From: Bdellovibrionales bacterium
GTDB lineage: Bacteria; Bdellovibrionota; Bdellovibrionia; Bdellovibrionales; JAUICD01
Assembly (NCBI GenBank): GCA_965262715.1
Contig: OZ253553.1
Span: forward strand, 2,464,001 to 2,528,000
Direction of reading: 5' to 3'
Length of the DNA stretch: 64,000 nt
Below the pieces are notes generated by a model. The model made no database searches. It saw only the letters and a program-made list of their open reading frames with translations, and was not told the origin of the DNA. Positions 32,141-43,103 of this stretch are shown one piece after another. Every line of letters begins with the position of its first letter. Positions within the stretch are counted from its first letter, which is position 1. The position numbers and the translations under genes are program-made.

Positions 32141-32908
32141 CTATCCGAAGAACCAACCAATACCAAGTGTTGCATAAAAAGCATTTAGCTTAAGTTTTTT
32201 AGTCTCATCACCAGTGCCAGTAACATTTAAAAGAGTACTTCCATTCGTACATTCTTCTAATGCCCTACCTGCATTACTTGCTGCTTTACACTTTAAGTCG
32301 CCAAAAGAAGATAAGTCATAACCAGCCTCTAACTTAACCAAAAAATTATCAGTTACCTTATATCCAAGCTCTAAACCTGCCTGACCAGTGATCTGATTCC
32401 ATAAAAATTGATTACTTCTTACCTCAACATTCGTGCCAGTCCCATCTCCTTGATTCATCATAGAAAGCATTAGGGATTTCCAAATATCCAAACCTAAAAC
32501 AGGCCCTACAAAAAATTGATCCATATGAAATCTATAATTTAATAAAAGAGCCAATCGATGATGAGTAAATTTATACTTATCATCATCGTCTGGTCTCCCT
32601 GTTGTTCCGTTATCATAATCTTTTTCTCCCATAAGTGCTAACCGATACCGTAAACCAACACCAAAACTGCCTGTATCATTCATCATGTGCCTATAAACAG
32701 CATCTGCTCCAAAATGAAGTGACATGTTTTTTTGATCTTCCCATCCACTACTTGTACTTCCTACTTCCTTAAGATTCAACTTACTGCCAAATTTCATCCC
32801 AAAATGACCTGAAACCTCGGCATTACCTTGAGCAAAGCTGGTAAAGCTTAAGCTCACAAGAAAAACTGCTAAATAAATAAAACTTTTCATTTGATTTAAA
32901 CCTAACAT
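32141..32908 (-). CDS. Outer-membrane beta-barrel protein, paralog 4
   Basis: Signal peptide; C-terminal FYATLGIGWFFG. Confidence 0.85.
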   Translation of the reverse strand: MLGLNQMKSFIYLAVFLVSLSFTSFAQGNAEVSGHFGMKFGSKLNLKEVGSTSSGWEDQKNMSLHFGADAVYRHMMNDTGSFGVGLRYRLALMGEKDYDNGTTGRPDDDDKYKFTHHRLALLLNYRFHMDQFFVGPVLGLDIWKSLMLSMMNQGDGTGTNVEVRSNQFLWNQITGQAGLELGYKVTDNFLVKLEAGYDLSSFGDLKCKAASNAGRALEECTNGSTLLNVTGTGDETKKLKLNAFYATLGIGWFFG

Positions 32909-33758
32909 AATAAATACCTCCTAAATAAAATTTTTTCATCTCGTAAACAATTATCAATAGTCAATAACTGTTATAATAATTTAATAACTTTATTTTTTAA
33001 GTCAATATCCATAATCATACATATACTTATCACTATGTTGATTATATTATTAACCTTTCACTATCTATGTCATTCACTCATTTGAAACTCCCTTGATTAT
33101 CACTCATTTTATTATTTTTTTACTTATCATGTTTTTTATCTACTCAATACTTAAGCATCTAATGTATAGTCAACTATGTTGAAAAGCTCAATTAATTTTT
33201 CACAATTACAGTTAAAATTGCTTTATTATCAATGTTATGATTTTTTAAGGTTCGATTTTGCTACTAAACGTAAAATAAATACGCTTTTGCTATAAAGTTT
33301 AAGAATGTCAATGATGCTTATTTTTAAGCTAATCTTTTATATTTGATTTGAATATACTTACTACTTCAATACAAATTATATTCATGTTAACATAAGAGTC
33401 AAATATATTATATCAAAGATTCGAAAATAATTAAAAAAAAGCAAATAATACATTTAAATAAGATATTAAAACCATGATGTCAACACTAAATCTAAAATTT
33501 GTACACATAAGATACAATAAAAACAAGCCTATTTTACTTAAAGGTAAACTTTAATGATATAAAATAATACAATTTTACTCAATTTTTATAACTTTAAGAG
33601 GCCTGTTGTTTATTAATTTACCTAAGTTACACGATCATTTAATAGCCGTCTTCCGGACTCCGTAAATCCGGGAACCCGGAAATCTGGCAATCTACCTATT
33701 TATTTTGAACTTTTTCATAATTTTTTTCTCCTTTATCCCCTGGTGGGAGAAAAAAATT

Positions 33759-34052
33759 ATGAAAAAGTTCAAAACTTATCAGTTAGCAACTCAGTTTTAT
33801 CGTAAATCTAGCAATTTAAGCTTAAGAGGACCAATAAAGAATCAGTTCCAAAGAGCTATACTTAGTATTGTATTAAATCTAGCTGAAGGATCTGCTAAAT
33901 CCAGTAATAGAGAACGTAGAAAGTTCTATGAGATTAGTTTAGGCTCTCTAAGGGAAGTGCAAGCAATATTAACTCTTATTAATCATCAAAAATTAATAAA
34001 AGAAGCTGATAGATTTGGAGCTTTTCTATATAAACTGTGTAAAAATACTTAA
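33759..34052 (+). CDS. Four-helix-bundle protein (TIGR02436 / 23S rRNA IVP, bAvd-like fold)
   Basis: QFQRAILSIVLNLAEGS...FYEISLGSLREVQ; ATG 33759 after GGAG. Confidence 0.9.
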   Translation: MKKFKTYQLATQFYRKSSNLSLRGPIKNQFQRAILSIVLNLAEGSAKSSNRERRKFYEISLGSLREVQAILTLINHQKLIKEADRFGAFLYKLCKNT

Positions 34053-34145
34053 AACTAAAAGTAATTTCTCTTTTTATTAAAAAGTATTTTGCGTAAGATC
34101 AGTGATTTATCTAAAAAACAGATTTCTAAAACAGCTTTTAAAAAT

Positions 34146-34222
34146 TGGGGTGGCTAACGGGGATTGAACCCGCGACCCCAGGAACCACAATCCTGTGCTC
34201 TACCAACTGAGCTATAGCCACC
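34146..34222 (-). tRNA. tRNA-His (GTG)
   Basis: Cloverleaf, G-1, anticodon arm CAGGA-TTGTGGT-TCCTG, GGTTCAATCC, encoded CCA. Confidence 0.97.
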
Positions 34223-34232
34223 ATTGCTGTTT

Positions 34233-34884
34233 CACTAAAAATACCTCTTGCCTCTGGCAACTTTCTGACAGTAAGCCTGACGATTTATATCGTTAGCAAG
34301 TAGCTTACTGTCTAGAAAGCCGGACTATTTTTAGGAGAAAGACTCCCCGTGTTCTTTTACTTCATGTTAAGGAAACCTCTCCCTTCTTCATTAAAGTTCA
34401 CTAAAAATGAACTGGTCTCTGACCATTTTTGGCCAATGAGCACGACGGCTAACGCCCTTGTAAAATGCTTATTGGCTCAAAAACCTGTTCATTTTTAGTA
34501 GGAAGACTCCCTTCGTTGTTTAACACCATGTTAAGGAAATCGTTTATACCTTACTTCTTACCTTCTCTTCTCCTTACAAATCATATAAATCTTTATAAGT
34601 TAATAAAAGACTTGATGTTTTAAGCCAAAGACAAGATCTTCCGCAGAGTGATCGCTATCCAAGCGATCACTCGAAGACTTCGAGGATTGGCTTAAAATAT
34701 CAAATCATTACTTCGAAGATTTTTCCCCTGTTTTTTCTAAAAAAACAACCTCTCCACCACCTCTGGCTGTTTTTGGGCAGTCAGCCTGAAGACTTACGTC
34801 TTCAAGAAAATGCTGACTGCCTCAAAAATCCGTTTATTTTTACTAAGCAGATACTCCTCTTTTTTTAGCAAAATGTTAAGGAAA
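34233..34884 (+). repeat. Three divergent family I units plus one family IV hairpin (34612-34703)
   Basis: Units start at 34233, 34399 and about 34737; same stems, different arm sequences. Confidence 0.85.
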
Positions 34885-35167
34885 CCTGTTTATTTTGAGT
34901 AAGCAGATACTCCTCTTTTTTTAGCAAAATGTTAAGGAAACCTGTTTATTTTGAGTAAGCAGATACTCCTCTTTTTTTAGCAAAATGTTAAGGAAACCTG
35001 TTTATTTTGAGTAAGCAGATACTCCTCTTTTTTTAGCAAAATGTTAAGGAAACCTGTTTATTTTGAGTAAGCAGATACTCCTCTTTTTTTAGCAAAATGT
35101 TAAGGAAACCTGTTTATTTTGAGTAAGCAGATACTCCGCGTTCTTTTACTTCATGTTAAGGAAACCT
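34832..35167 (+). repeat. Tandem repeat, 6 x 56 bp (3' part of family I)
   Basis: Units start at 34832, 34888, 34944, 35000, 35056, 35112; no spacers. Confidence 0.95.
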
Positions 35168-35215
35168 CTCCCTTTAATAACTATATTATGCAATAAGTCC
35201 TTCAGATTAAAAAGA

Positions 35216-35881
35216 TTATTTTTTTAAGTCAATAAGAGGTGAAAAAGTGGTAGTGGAACTTGTTGAAATTTCTACCTTTTGTAAAGTAGAAACACTTGAA
35301 GAAGACGTTTTATCATCATTTACCGACTTGGAAATAGAAGTGGATGTCGTAGAGCTTGCAGGTGTCGATTTCTTATCAGGTAAGGCTTCTAAGTCTGTTA
35401 CCCCTTCTCTATCTGGTAAAACAGCCTCATCTATCGTATCAGGCTCTTGAGATGTATCTATAGAGCCAGCAGAAGAAATAACGATCGGTTCTGCACTATA
35501 ATCTATGGACTGTTTGTTAATTTGGATTTCTTTAATATCCCAGCTTTTTTGGATATCTTGATCAGTAGGATTTAACAATGCCCACCCTTTAAGTTGTGAT
35601 TGAGTCATTTGATCCTCTAAAGGATGCTTAAAACCATATTCAAAAAAGACTTTTATTTCATCATCTCGGACATAACTAGACCAAAGTGATGTGAATTTAA
35701 TATCCGTTACATCAGGAATGTTTTTTTCAAGATGCTCTACGACAAAAGCTTGCAAGCCAGCCTGAAGCCTTGAATGAAACTCCCAAGACGATATGCCTTC
35801 TCCTCCTCGATACCAATTCCAAGAAAAATAAAGCGCAACCATCCAAAATATGATCATAAATAACGGATTAAAAGATTTCAT
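35216..35881 (-). CDS. Hypothetical membrane-anchored protein with Ser/Thr-rich tail
   Basis: N-terminal TM helix; low-complexity C-terminus. Confidence 0.7.
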   Translation of the reverse strand: MKSFNPLFMIIFWMVALYFSWNWYRGGEGISSWEFHSRLQAGLQAFVVEHLEKNIPDVTDIKFTSLWSSYVRDDEIKVFFEYGFKHPLEDQMTQSQLKGWALLNPTDQDIQKSWDIKEIQINKQSIDYSAEPIVISSAGSIDTSQEPDTIDEAVLPDREGVTDLEALPDKKSTPASSTTSTSISKSVNDDKTSSSSVSTLQKVEISTSSTTTFSPLIDLKK

Positions 35882-36089
35882 TTTACCCTCACTTTATAAT
35901 ATATACAAAATAGCCTATAACATGAACCTCTAATATTTCATTTATATTCCTTCGAGGAAAGATTAAAGACCGCTATTATCCCTCTTTAAACAGTAAATAA
36001 AAAGAATGTGATTTATTATATTTAAAATAGATTTAATGCCTCCAAACTTTTTATTGCTCTCAACATAAATATATAGTTTATTGTTACTT

Positions 36090-37268
36090 ATGCGCATAAA
36101 TAACAATAAACTATATAAACGTGAAATACAATTGGATCATATAGATTCATCTTGTTTTCTCTTCGGCCCAAGGATGACAGGTAAGACCTCTCTTCTAACT
36201 CAATTGTCAGTGAACTCTTATTACAATTTACTAGACCCTCAAGTAGAGTTAAAACTTCGCACAAGACCTCATGAGTTTTGGGAAGAAATCTCTTACTTAA
36301 AACCTGGCGCAACGGTTATTATTGATGAAATACAACGTATACCCGTTTTACTAGATTATGTTCAAATGGGTATTGATCAAAAGCGGATACAATTTCTGCT
36401 GTCTGGTTCAAGTACTCGTAAAATTAAGCGTAATTGCGCAAACTTATTAGGTGGACGCGCGCTACATTTACAATTACATCCTTTGACGTACAAAGAACTA
36501 AGTAACGATTTTGATATTCAAAATGTATTAAGGTTTGGTACGTTGCCTTTAATTGCTTTACTTGTTTCTAATACAAAAACACAAACAGCTAAACGACAGC
36601 TAAAAAGCTATGTCACCACCTATATCAAAGAAGAAATACAAACAGAAGCTCTTGTACGTAATATTGATGCTTTTCATCGTTTTCTAAATATAGCTGCTGC
36701 ATGTAATGGGCAGATGATTGAATTTGCAAATATTTCTAGAGAATGTGCAGTACATGCTAATACTGTCAAAGAACATTACTCCATTTTAGAAGATACACTG
36801 ATCGGTCATTTTGTATGGCCTTTCCACCGCAGTCAGAGAAAAAAAGCTAGACCAAAGTTTTACTTTTTTGATTGCGGAGTTGTCAGAGCTTTGCAATCTC
36901 GCATTACAGAAAACCCTAATGCCCAAGAACTAGGCGTGCTTTTTGAAACTTGGATTGCAAATGAGCTTATAAGAATCCGTGATTATTTAGAATATGAACA
37001 TACTATTTCTCTATGGAGACATGGTAAATGGGAAATAGATTTTATTATAGAATCACCTAGAGGTCCTCTATTTGCTATTGAGTGCAAATCTGGCCAGCAT
37101 ATAAAAAACAAATATGCCATTGATGCTTTTAGGAAATATTTTCCAAAAGTGCCTCTTGTTATTTGTTCACTTCTTGATCAACGCACAAGGCAAATACAAG
37201 AGAATGTATGGATAGAAAATTATACAAAAACAATCCAACGATATCGAAATCTGTCCTTTTCATTATAA
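36090..37268 (+). CDS. AAA_14 ATPase with DUF4143 and C-terminal nuclease-like motif
   Basis: GPRMTGKT, IIDEIQ, LSGSS, KFYFFDCG, EIDF...IECK motifs. Confidence 0.88.
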   Translation: MRINNNKLYKREIQLDHIDSSCFLFGPRMTGKTSLLTQLSVNSYYNLLDPQVELKLRTRPHEFWEEISYLKPGATVIIDEIQRIPVLLDYVQMGIDQKRIQFLLSGSSTRKIKRNCANLLGGRALHLQLHPLTYKELSNDFDIQNVLRFGTLPLIALLVSNTKTQTAKRQLKSYVTTYIKEEIQTEALVRNIDAFHRFLNIAAACNGQMIEFANISRECAVHANTVKEHYSILEDTLIGHFVWPFHRSQRKKARPKFYFFDCGVVRALQSRITENPNAQELGVLFETWIANELIRIRDYLEYEHTISLWRHGKWEIDFIIESPRGPLFAIECKSGQHIKNKYAIDAFRKYFPKVPLVICSLLDQRTRQIQENVWIENYTKTIQRYRNLSFSL

Positions 37269-37310
37269 AATAATAATGGTATTTTTCAAAAAATCTTTTA
37301 TGCTTTAAAA

Positions 37311-38984
37311 ATGGATAACTCTTATACACTTCAAAGTAGCATAAAAAGCCAAATCAACACTCAAGATGCAGATTTCCTTGCCAATCAAAATGCTATGCAA
37401 AATCTTGTATCAGATATAAATGCGCATATTGCCGCTGTTCAAAAAGGAGGAGGAGAAAATGCGGTTAAAAGGCACAAAGCTAAAGGCAAACTAACTGCTA
37501 GAGAAAGAATCCAACAACTGATTGATGTCAAAACACGGTTTTTAGAATTTTCTCCTCTAGCAGCCTATAATATGTATGATAACTGCGCGCCTGCTGCAGG
37601 TATTATCACTGGAATTGGTGTGGTACATGAGCAAGAATGTATCATTGTTGCTAATGATGCTACTGTAAAGGGAGGGACATACTTTCCCATCACAGTCAAA
37701 AAACACCTAAGAGCCCAAGAGATTGCTTTAGAAAATCATCTTCCATGTATTTACTTAGTAGATAGCGGAGGAGCCTTTTTACCACTCCAAGCAGAAGTTT
37801 TCCCTGATAAGGATCACTTTGGTCGTATTTTTTATAATCAAGCTCAAATGTCAGCTAAAAATATCTCTCAAATTGCCGTTGTGATGGGTAGCTGTACAGC
37901 TGGCGGAGCTTACGTCCCAGCAATGAGTGATGAAAATATCATTGTCGATAAAAATGGTTATATTTTCCTTGGAGGGCCTCCTCTTGTGAAAGCTGCCACA
38001 GGTGAACAAGTGGATGCACAGTCTCTAGGAGGCAGTAAAGTCCATTGTCAACAAAGTGGAGTGGCAGATCATTATGCTACTAACGACGGACAAGCCATAG
38101 ACCTTTGTCGGCAAATTGTGTCACATCTTAATCTTTATAAATCAGATAGTTTAAAACAGCTTCAAATTGAAGAGCCTCTTTACGACCCTTACGAACTCTA
38201 CGGCATCATTCCTAAAAACGAAAAGCGATCTTTTGACGTAAAAGAAGTCATTGCTCGTATTGTAGATGCTAGCCGCTTTCATGAGTTTAAAGCCAATTAT
38301 GCTAAAACCATCGTAACAGGATTTGCGCATATCTATGGTTTTCCAGTGGGTATTGTTGCAAATAATGGAATCATTTTTTCAGAGAGTGCCTTAAAAGCAA
38401 CTCATTTTATCTCTTTATGTTGCCAAAGAAATATCCCACTGATTTTCCTTCAAAATGTTACAGGATTTATGGTTGGTAAAAAATACGAAAATGCAGGTAT
38501 TGCTAAAGACGGAGCTAAAATGGTGATGGCCGTGAGTAATGCCCACGTTCCTAAATTCACAGTTATGATAGGAGGCTCTTATGGTGCTGGAAACTATGGC
38601 ATGTGTGGACGAGCATATCAACCTAGGCAGCTTTGGATGTGGCCAAATGCAAGAATAAGCGTGATGGGAGGCCAACAAGCTGCAAGCGTACTCACGACAG
38701 TCAAATTAGACCAACTTAAAAGAAAAGCAAAAAAAACAGGCTCATCAGAACAAACTTCACGCCTATCTGAAAAACAAATTTCAGAATTTCAGTCTTCTAT
38801 TTTGAAAAAATATGAAACAGAAAGTTCTGCCTACTATTCTACAGCTAGATTATGGGATGATGGTATTATTGACCCTGTAGATACACGTCATGTATTAGGA
38901 CTTGGCATCCAGGCCAGCCTCAATAATCCATGGCGACAAAGTCAACAAAGCCAACCCCATTCACAAGGTGTTTTCCGTATGTAG
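37311..38984 (+). CDS. liuB: 3-methylcrotonyl-CoA carboxylase beta subunit
   Basis: [40 protein letters not shown] motifs. Confidence 0.92.
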   Translation: MDNSYTLQSSIKSQINTQDADFLANQNAMQNLVSDINAHIAAVQKGGGENAVKRHKAKGKLTARERIQQLIDVKTRFLEFSPLAAYNMYDNCAPAAGIITGIGVVHEQECIIVANDATVKGGTYFPITVKKHLRAQEIALENHLPCIYLVDSGGAFLPLQAEVFPDKDHFGRIFYNQAQMSAKNISQIAVVMGSCTAGGAYVPAMSDENIIVDKNGYIFLGGPPLVKAATGEQVDAQSLGGSKVHCQQSGVADHYATNDGQAIDLCRQIVSHLNLYKSDSLKQLQIEEPLYDPYELYGIIPKNEKRSFDVKEVIARIVDASRFHEFKANYAKTIVTGFAHIYGFPVGIVANNGIIFSESALKATHFISLCCQRNIPLIFLQNVTGFMVGKKYENAGIAKDGAKMVMAVSNAHVPKFTVMIGGSYGAGNYGMCGRAYQPRQLWMWPNARISVMGGQQAASVLTTVKLDQLKRKAKKTGSSEQTSRLSEKQISEFQSSILKKYETESSAYYSTARLWDDGIIDPVDTRHVLGLGIQASLNNPWRQSQQSQPHSQGVFRM

Positions 38985-39604
38985 AGAATGAACCTTAAGT
39001 CACTTACTGACCTACCTAAGTTAAACCTTGCTTAATTGCTATCTCTTGAGTCCAAGAACCCCGAGAAACAGGCAATACGGCAGACTGACAATAGTTCCTC
39101 GGAGCCGTTGTCTGTTTACAGATTGCTCGAATGCCAGAAGAAGTATTTGGTAATATATTGGTAATACAGTTATTTATAACAAATTCATGGTTTCTGAGAT
39201 GACCTCTAGTAACAAAATTTGTTCCTAATTATTTCATAATTCTCATACCATGAAATAATTACCATATCTACTGACCTTTTTTGTTATTTTTTCATGGTTT
39301 TGAAACTTTATATGCCCCTACATCAAAACTTATGCCATAAATCATTCTTCTTTCACCTACTATTCCCTACCTTCAAAAGCTGTCCAACAATTTTTTATGG
39401 ACAACATAAATTATATAGTTATTTCAATATATTATGTATATACATCTACTACATATTTACAAAAAACAAATCTAAGGATTCTTAAAAATATCTCTTTTGA
39501 TATGTAAATTTATCTCATTTTCGAGCGATTTACGATTTTTGGTTTCAATTTTGCATAAATATAATTTTAACAAGGATAAAATAATAACAAAGGAGCTAAA
39601 AAAA

Positions 39605-40792
39605 ATGACTTATAACAAAAACTTAATAACTTCTCTTATTAATATGGCGTTTTTACTTACAATTTTTATTGTAAGTATATTCTTCACACATCAAGTTGTG
39701 TGGGGACAAAGTCTTGATAGAATAGTCACTGATGAAATAGATACAGAACTTAACTTATACGAAGGATCAAGAACTATTCCTGTCTATCAAGGAAATGAAG
39801 CAGTTGTAAACGATACTCCTTTAGAACTTGCTGTTCATGGACAATGTGGAACACACCTAAATACATGTGTAAAAGGCGCAGCAGTCAACATAAGAAAAGA
39901 TAAAGGATATAGATGGTCCTGTGAAGGAAAACATGGAGGATCGACTTCTCCTTGTTATATTAAAGAATCCGAAGCAGAAGGAAAGCAACGCAGACAAATC
40001 GAGTTGACAGAAAAAATAGATCAAGAAATATCAGACCAAATTGAAAGTGAGAGATTAAAAGTATTAGAAGATCATGGTCAAGACGCTATAGATCGTTTAG
40101 AAGATGATGATAAAAATAGCTCTAAAGACCAACGTGTATCTGCTGTCCAGAATAATGCTTCTTTGAACACAGTTCATCAAGCTTATCCTGCAATTAAAAA
40201 AACCGAGGATGAAGTAAATGTCTATATCTCTGGTGGAGCAGGTGTTTCCATATTTTCAGGAGTTGATAATATCAGTAATGGATTGAATGCTGGTGTAAGT
40301 GTTGGCGCAAAATTTCCTCAGAATTTTCTTTTTGAAGTCGGGTTTAGTTATTCTGATTTTAAATTAGATAATTACTATGGTTATTATCCTAGAGTTGCGG
40401 CTCCAAATTCAGTTCAATGTGTTGACTGTCGTATTAAAGAATATGCGGGAACATTAAGTGTGAAATATCATCTATTTAATAAAACTCTAAGACCTTTTGG
40501 CGGTGTCTCAGGTATTTATAGATACCGTACCTATACAGATGACTCCTATGGAGGAGCAGTTTATAATAGATACAATTCATCATCTCACGGCCTTGATATG
40601 GGCCCAAATGTTGGAGTAGACTTTGCCCTTAGTTCACAGTTCATGGTAGGAGTAGAGTTAAAGTATATGGTCAATTTAACTAACTCTGTATCAGATTCTC
40701 ACATGATATATAGATACAGATCTCCTGACGAACAGCTATCAGATGACCTTAGTTATTTCACCTTTGGCATTAATGCTAAGTTTTTATTGTAA
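39605..40792 (+). CDS. Outer-membrane beta-barrel protein with N-terminal Cys-rich module
   Basis: Signal peptide; C-terminal OmpW/OmpA-like strands ending GINAKFLL. Confidence 0.75.
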   Translation: MTYNKNLITSLINMAFLLTIFIVSIFFTHQVVWGQSLDRIVTDEIDTELNLYEGSRTIPVYQGNEAVVNDTPLELAVHGQCGTHLNTCVKGAAVNIRKDKGYRWSCEGKHGGSTSPCYIKESEAEGKQRRQIELTEKIDQEISDQIESERLKVLEDHGQDAIDRLEDDDKNSSKDQRVSAVQNNASLNTVHQAYPAIKKTEDEVNVYISGGAGVSIFSGVDNISNGLNAGVSVGAKFPQNFLFEVGFSYSDFKLDNYYGYYPRVAAPNSVQCVDCRIKEYAGTLSVKYHLFNKTLRPFGGVSGIYRYRTYTDDSYGGAVYNRYNSSSHGLDMGPNVGVDFALSSQFMVGVELKYMVNLTNSVSDSHMIYRYRSPDEQLSDDLSYFTFGINAKFLL

Positions 40793-40804
40793 TAAAAAAA
40801 TAAA

Positions 40805-40835
40805 AAAGGAGCCACCTATGTAAGGTGACTCCTTT
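40805..40835. terminator. Terminator between convergent genes
   Basis: AAAGGAGCCACCT-loop-AGGTGACTCCTTT. Confidence 0.7.
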
Positions 40836-40876
40836 GTAGAAATAACTATGCATAACACTTGTATGAGTTGAAGCCC

Positions 40877-41410
40877 TTAATCTAAAATATCCTCATCTTT
40901 TAAAGATTCTTCCTGATCTTTTTGTTTTACTTTTTCCATTTCTTCTTGTTCTAATAATTGAGAATCATTTTTATCCTGCTTTTCTAACATCCATTCGCCA
41001 ATAGGGCTGACAGCTACATCTTCTTGGTTATTAAGTGTGTTTTCTGACTGATGTAAATTCCATGCAAAAATACTTCCTAGAACAAGTAAAAAACTTGCCG
41101 CCATTGCCAATAATTTATTTTTCTGATGCTGCAAAGAGAAGATAGGTGATTGAATAGACTTATGTGATATTTTATCCATAATCCTATTGTATAACTTGTC
41201 ATGATACTCCTGAGAAAAGCTAGATACACTACCTAAGTTTTTGATTTCTGACTTGAGTTTTTTGTACTGAGATGTGACTTCCTGCGCTTCTGGTGAATGA
41301 TTGAGCTGAATATCTAAATCCTGTTTTAAAGAAGGCTCAAGCTCACCCTCTAAATAATTGATCCATAACTCTTCGTTTTCTCTTACTTTTGCTTTTTGAC
41401 CGTTATTCAT
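40877..41410 (-). CDS. Putative anti-sigma factor
   Basis: YLEGELE N-terminal domain, one TM helix, follows ECF sigma gene. Confidence 0.75.
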   Translation of the reverse strand: MNNGQKAKVRENEELWINYLEGELEPSLKQDLDIQLNHSPEAQEVTSQYKKLKSEIKNLGSVSSFSQEYHDKLYNRIMDKISHKSIQSPIFSLQHQKNKLLAMAASFLLVLGSIFAWNLHQSENTLNNQEDVAVSPIGEWMLEKQDKNDSQLLEQEEMEKVKQKDQEESLKDEDILD

Positions 41411-41458
41411 TACTTATTCCTCTTTATTTATCTTTTATTTTACTAAAGTATTTTTAAT

Positions 41459-42058
41459 TTAATTTGTTTGCAGAGAAAGATCCTTTTGAAAGATCTTTCT
41501 TAACTTCATCAACGCATGTCTATAGTTCGCCTTAGCTGTGTCATAAGGGCATTGCATAATCTGAGCAATTTCTTTAAAACTTAAATCTTCATAAATCCTT
41601 AAAAAAAGTGCTCTTTTTTGTTTATGAGGTAATTTTTCAATTTCTTTCGCTAATAATTCTTTTGTGTCTTTTTGAAACAAACTTGTTTCAGCTTCTGGTG
41701 CTACGGATAAATAAGTTTTTTCAATATCTAAAAATATTTTTTGTTTCACTCTCAATTTATTCTTCCCTGTATTTAAGGCTATTTGATACAACCAACTCTT
41801 AAAAGAACTGCGTTTTTCAAATAGATGAATCTTTTGATAGGCTTTTATAAAGCTTTCCTGTACAACATCTTCTGCCAGTGCCCGGTCTTTTAATAAACGC
41901 ATACATAAATTTAATAAGCTTCTCTGATGCCTTTTAACCAGCTCTGAAAAAACAGCTGTTTCTCCATTTTGTAATAGTTCTACAAGCTGCCTATCTGATC
42001 TAACGAAACCCTTAAGATCTTCCTTTTCACCTGTATTTATGGCATATAATTGACTCAT
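41459..42058 (-). CDS. ECF RNA polymerase sigma factor
   Basis: AEDVVQESF, FKSWLYQIALN, LSFKEIA motifs. Confidence 0.93.
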   Translation of the reverse strand: MSQLYAINTGEKEDLKGFVRSDRQLVELLQNGETAVFSELVKRHQRSLLNLCMRLLKDRALAEDVVQESFIKAYQKIHLFEKRSSFKSWLYQIALNTGKNKLRVKQKIFLDIEKTYLSVAPEAETSLFQKDTKELLAKEIEKLPHKQKRALFLRIYEDLSFKEIAQIMQCPYDTAKANYRHALMKLRKIFQKDLSLQTN

Positions 42059-42134
42059 TGTACTTATGACCTTACTAGCCGTTAAAAAGGTTAAAACAAT
42101 TTTAATCTTTTATAAAAGTATAAAAAATAAGCTT

Positions 42135-43103
42135 TTAACCAACAGAAACCCTGTTTTTTCCACTTCTTTTTGACTGATATACAGCTTTATCGGCTTTTTC
42201 AAAAAGACCTTCCCAACTTTCTATAGTTGGATCTAGAAGGGCTAACCCTATAGAAACAGTAATATTAGGTATAATAGACTCTTGATACTTAAATTCATGA
42301 GATGCGATAATATGACGTATTCTTTCTGCTACTTTAAACACTTCTTGCATATTTTTATTAAAAAATACGATACAGAATTCTTCTCCACCAAACCGTGCAA
42401 AAAAATCCTCAGATCGGATGATTTGATTTTTTACAAGAAAAGCTATCTGTTTTAGTAAAAAATCTCCAGCTAAGTGACCATAAGTATCATTGACGTTCTT
42501 AAAATTATCTAAATCAAAAACAATAACTGCTAAGTCTAAAGATAATTTCTTAGCTTTTTGAAAAGCTTCTTGTCCATTAGAAATAAGAGCTGACTTGTTA
42601 TAAATATTTGTTAAGTCATCCATTTGATTTCTTTTATAAGCCATAACCTCAGGGCTACTTTCTTCGACATATTTAAAGATAGCATTGCCCACTTTGATCT
42701 TATCTTGATCGTTTAATTGATAACTTTCTTGTGGTTCAATCTTTTCTCCATTAATGGCAGTACCATTTGTAGAGTTTAAATCCTCAAGTAAAACTTTTTT
42801 ATCATTACTATTGAGGACCACCTTACAATGTGTATGGCTTATACTTCTTTCACCAATAAAAATATCTGAAGTTATCCCTCGTCCAATAAGCATTTCTGAT
42901 TTACTTAATATCCATTGCCTCCCTATCATCTGTAGAGGACCTATCAGTAATATCAACGCAGGAGACATCATTTTTAATTCTTGAAGCTTACGGTCTAACG
43001 TATGACCTGACATTATAGTTGTAGCTTCAATATCAGAGTTGTCTTCATCTTCTATTGGGTTTTCATCTCTATCATCATCTATCATATCTGACATTATACT
43101 CAA
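42135..43103 (-). CDS. FHA-GGDEF diguanylate cyclase (DgcB-like)
   Basis: FHA (IGRG, SHTH, STNGT) plus GGEEF; acidic Thr-containing N-terminal tail. Confidence 0.9.
   Translation of the reverse strand: MSIMSDMIDDDRDENPIEDEDNSDIEATTIMSGHTLDRKLQELKMMSPALILLIGPLQMIGRQWILSKSEMLIGRGITSDIFIGERSISHTHCKVVLNSNDKKVLLEDLNSTNGTAINGEKIEPQESYQLNDQDKIKVGNAIFKYVEESSPEVMAYKRNQMDDLTNIYNKSALISNGQEAFQKAKKLSLDLAVIVFDLDNFKNVNDTYGHLAGDFLLKQIAFLVKNQIIRSEDFFARFGGEEFCIVFFNKNMQEVFKVAERIRHIIASHEFKYQESIIPNITVSIGLALLDPTIESWEGLFEKADKAVYQSKRSGKNRVSVG

Noticed and set aside
32909..33570. Long AT-rich gap as a replication origin or hidden gene
   Set aside because: No cluster of DnaA boxes, ORF or clear structure recognised; probably the OMP promoter region
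26800..34146. OMP region as an island integrated at tRNA-His
   Set aside because: No integrase and no duplicated tRNA 3' end seen
34832..35167. 56-bp repeats as a CRISPR array
   Set aside because: Units are contiguous with no unique spacers, derive from the family I 3' end, and no cas genes are present
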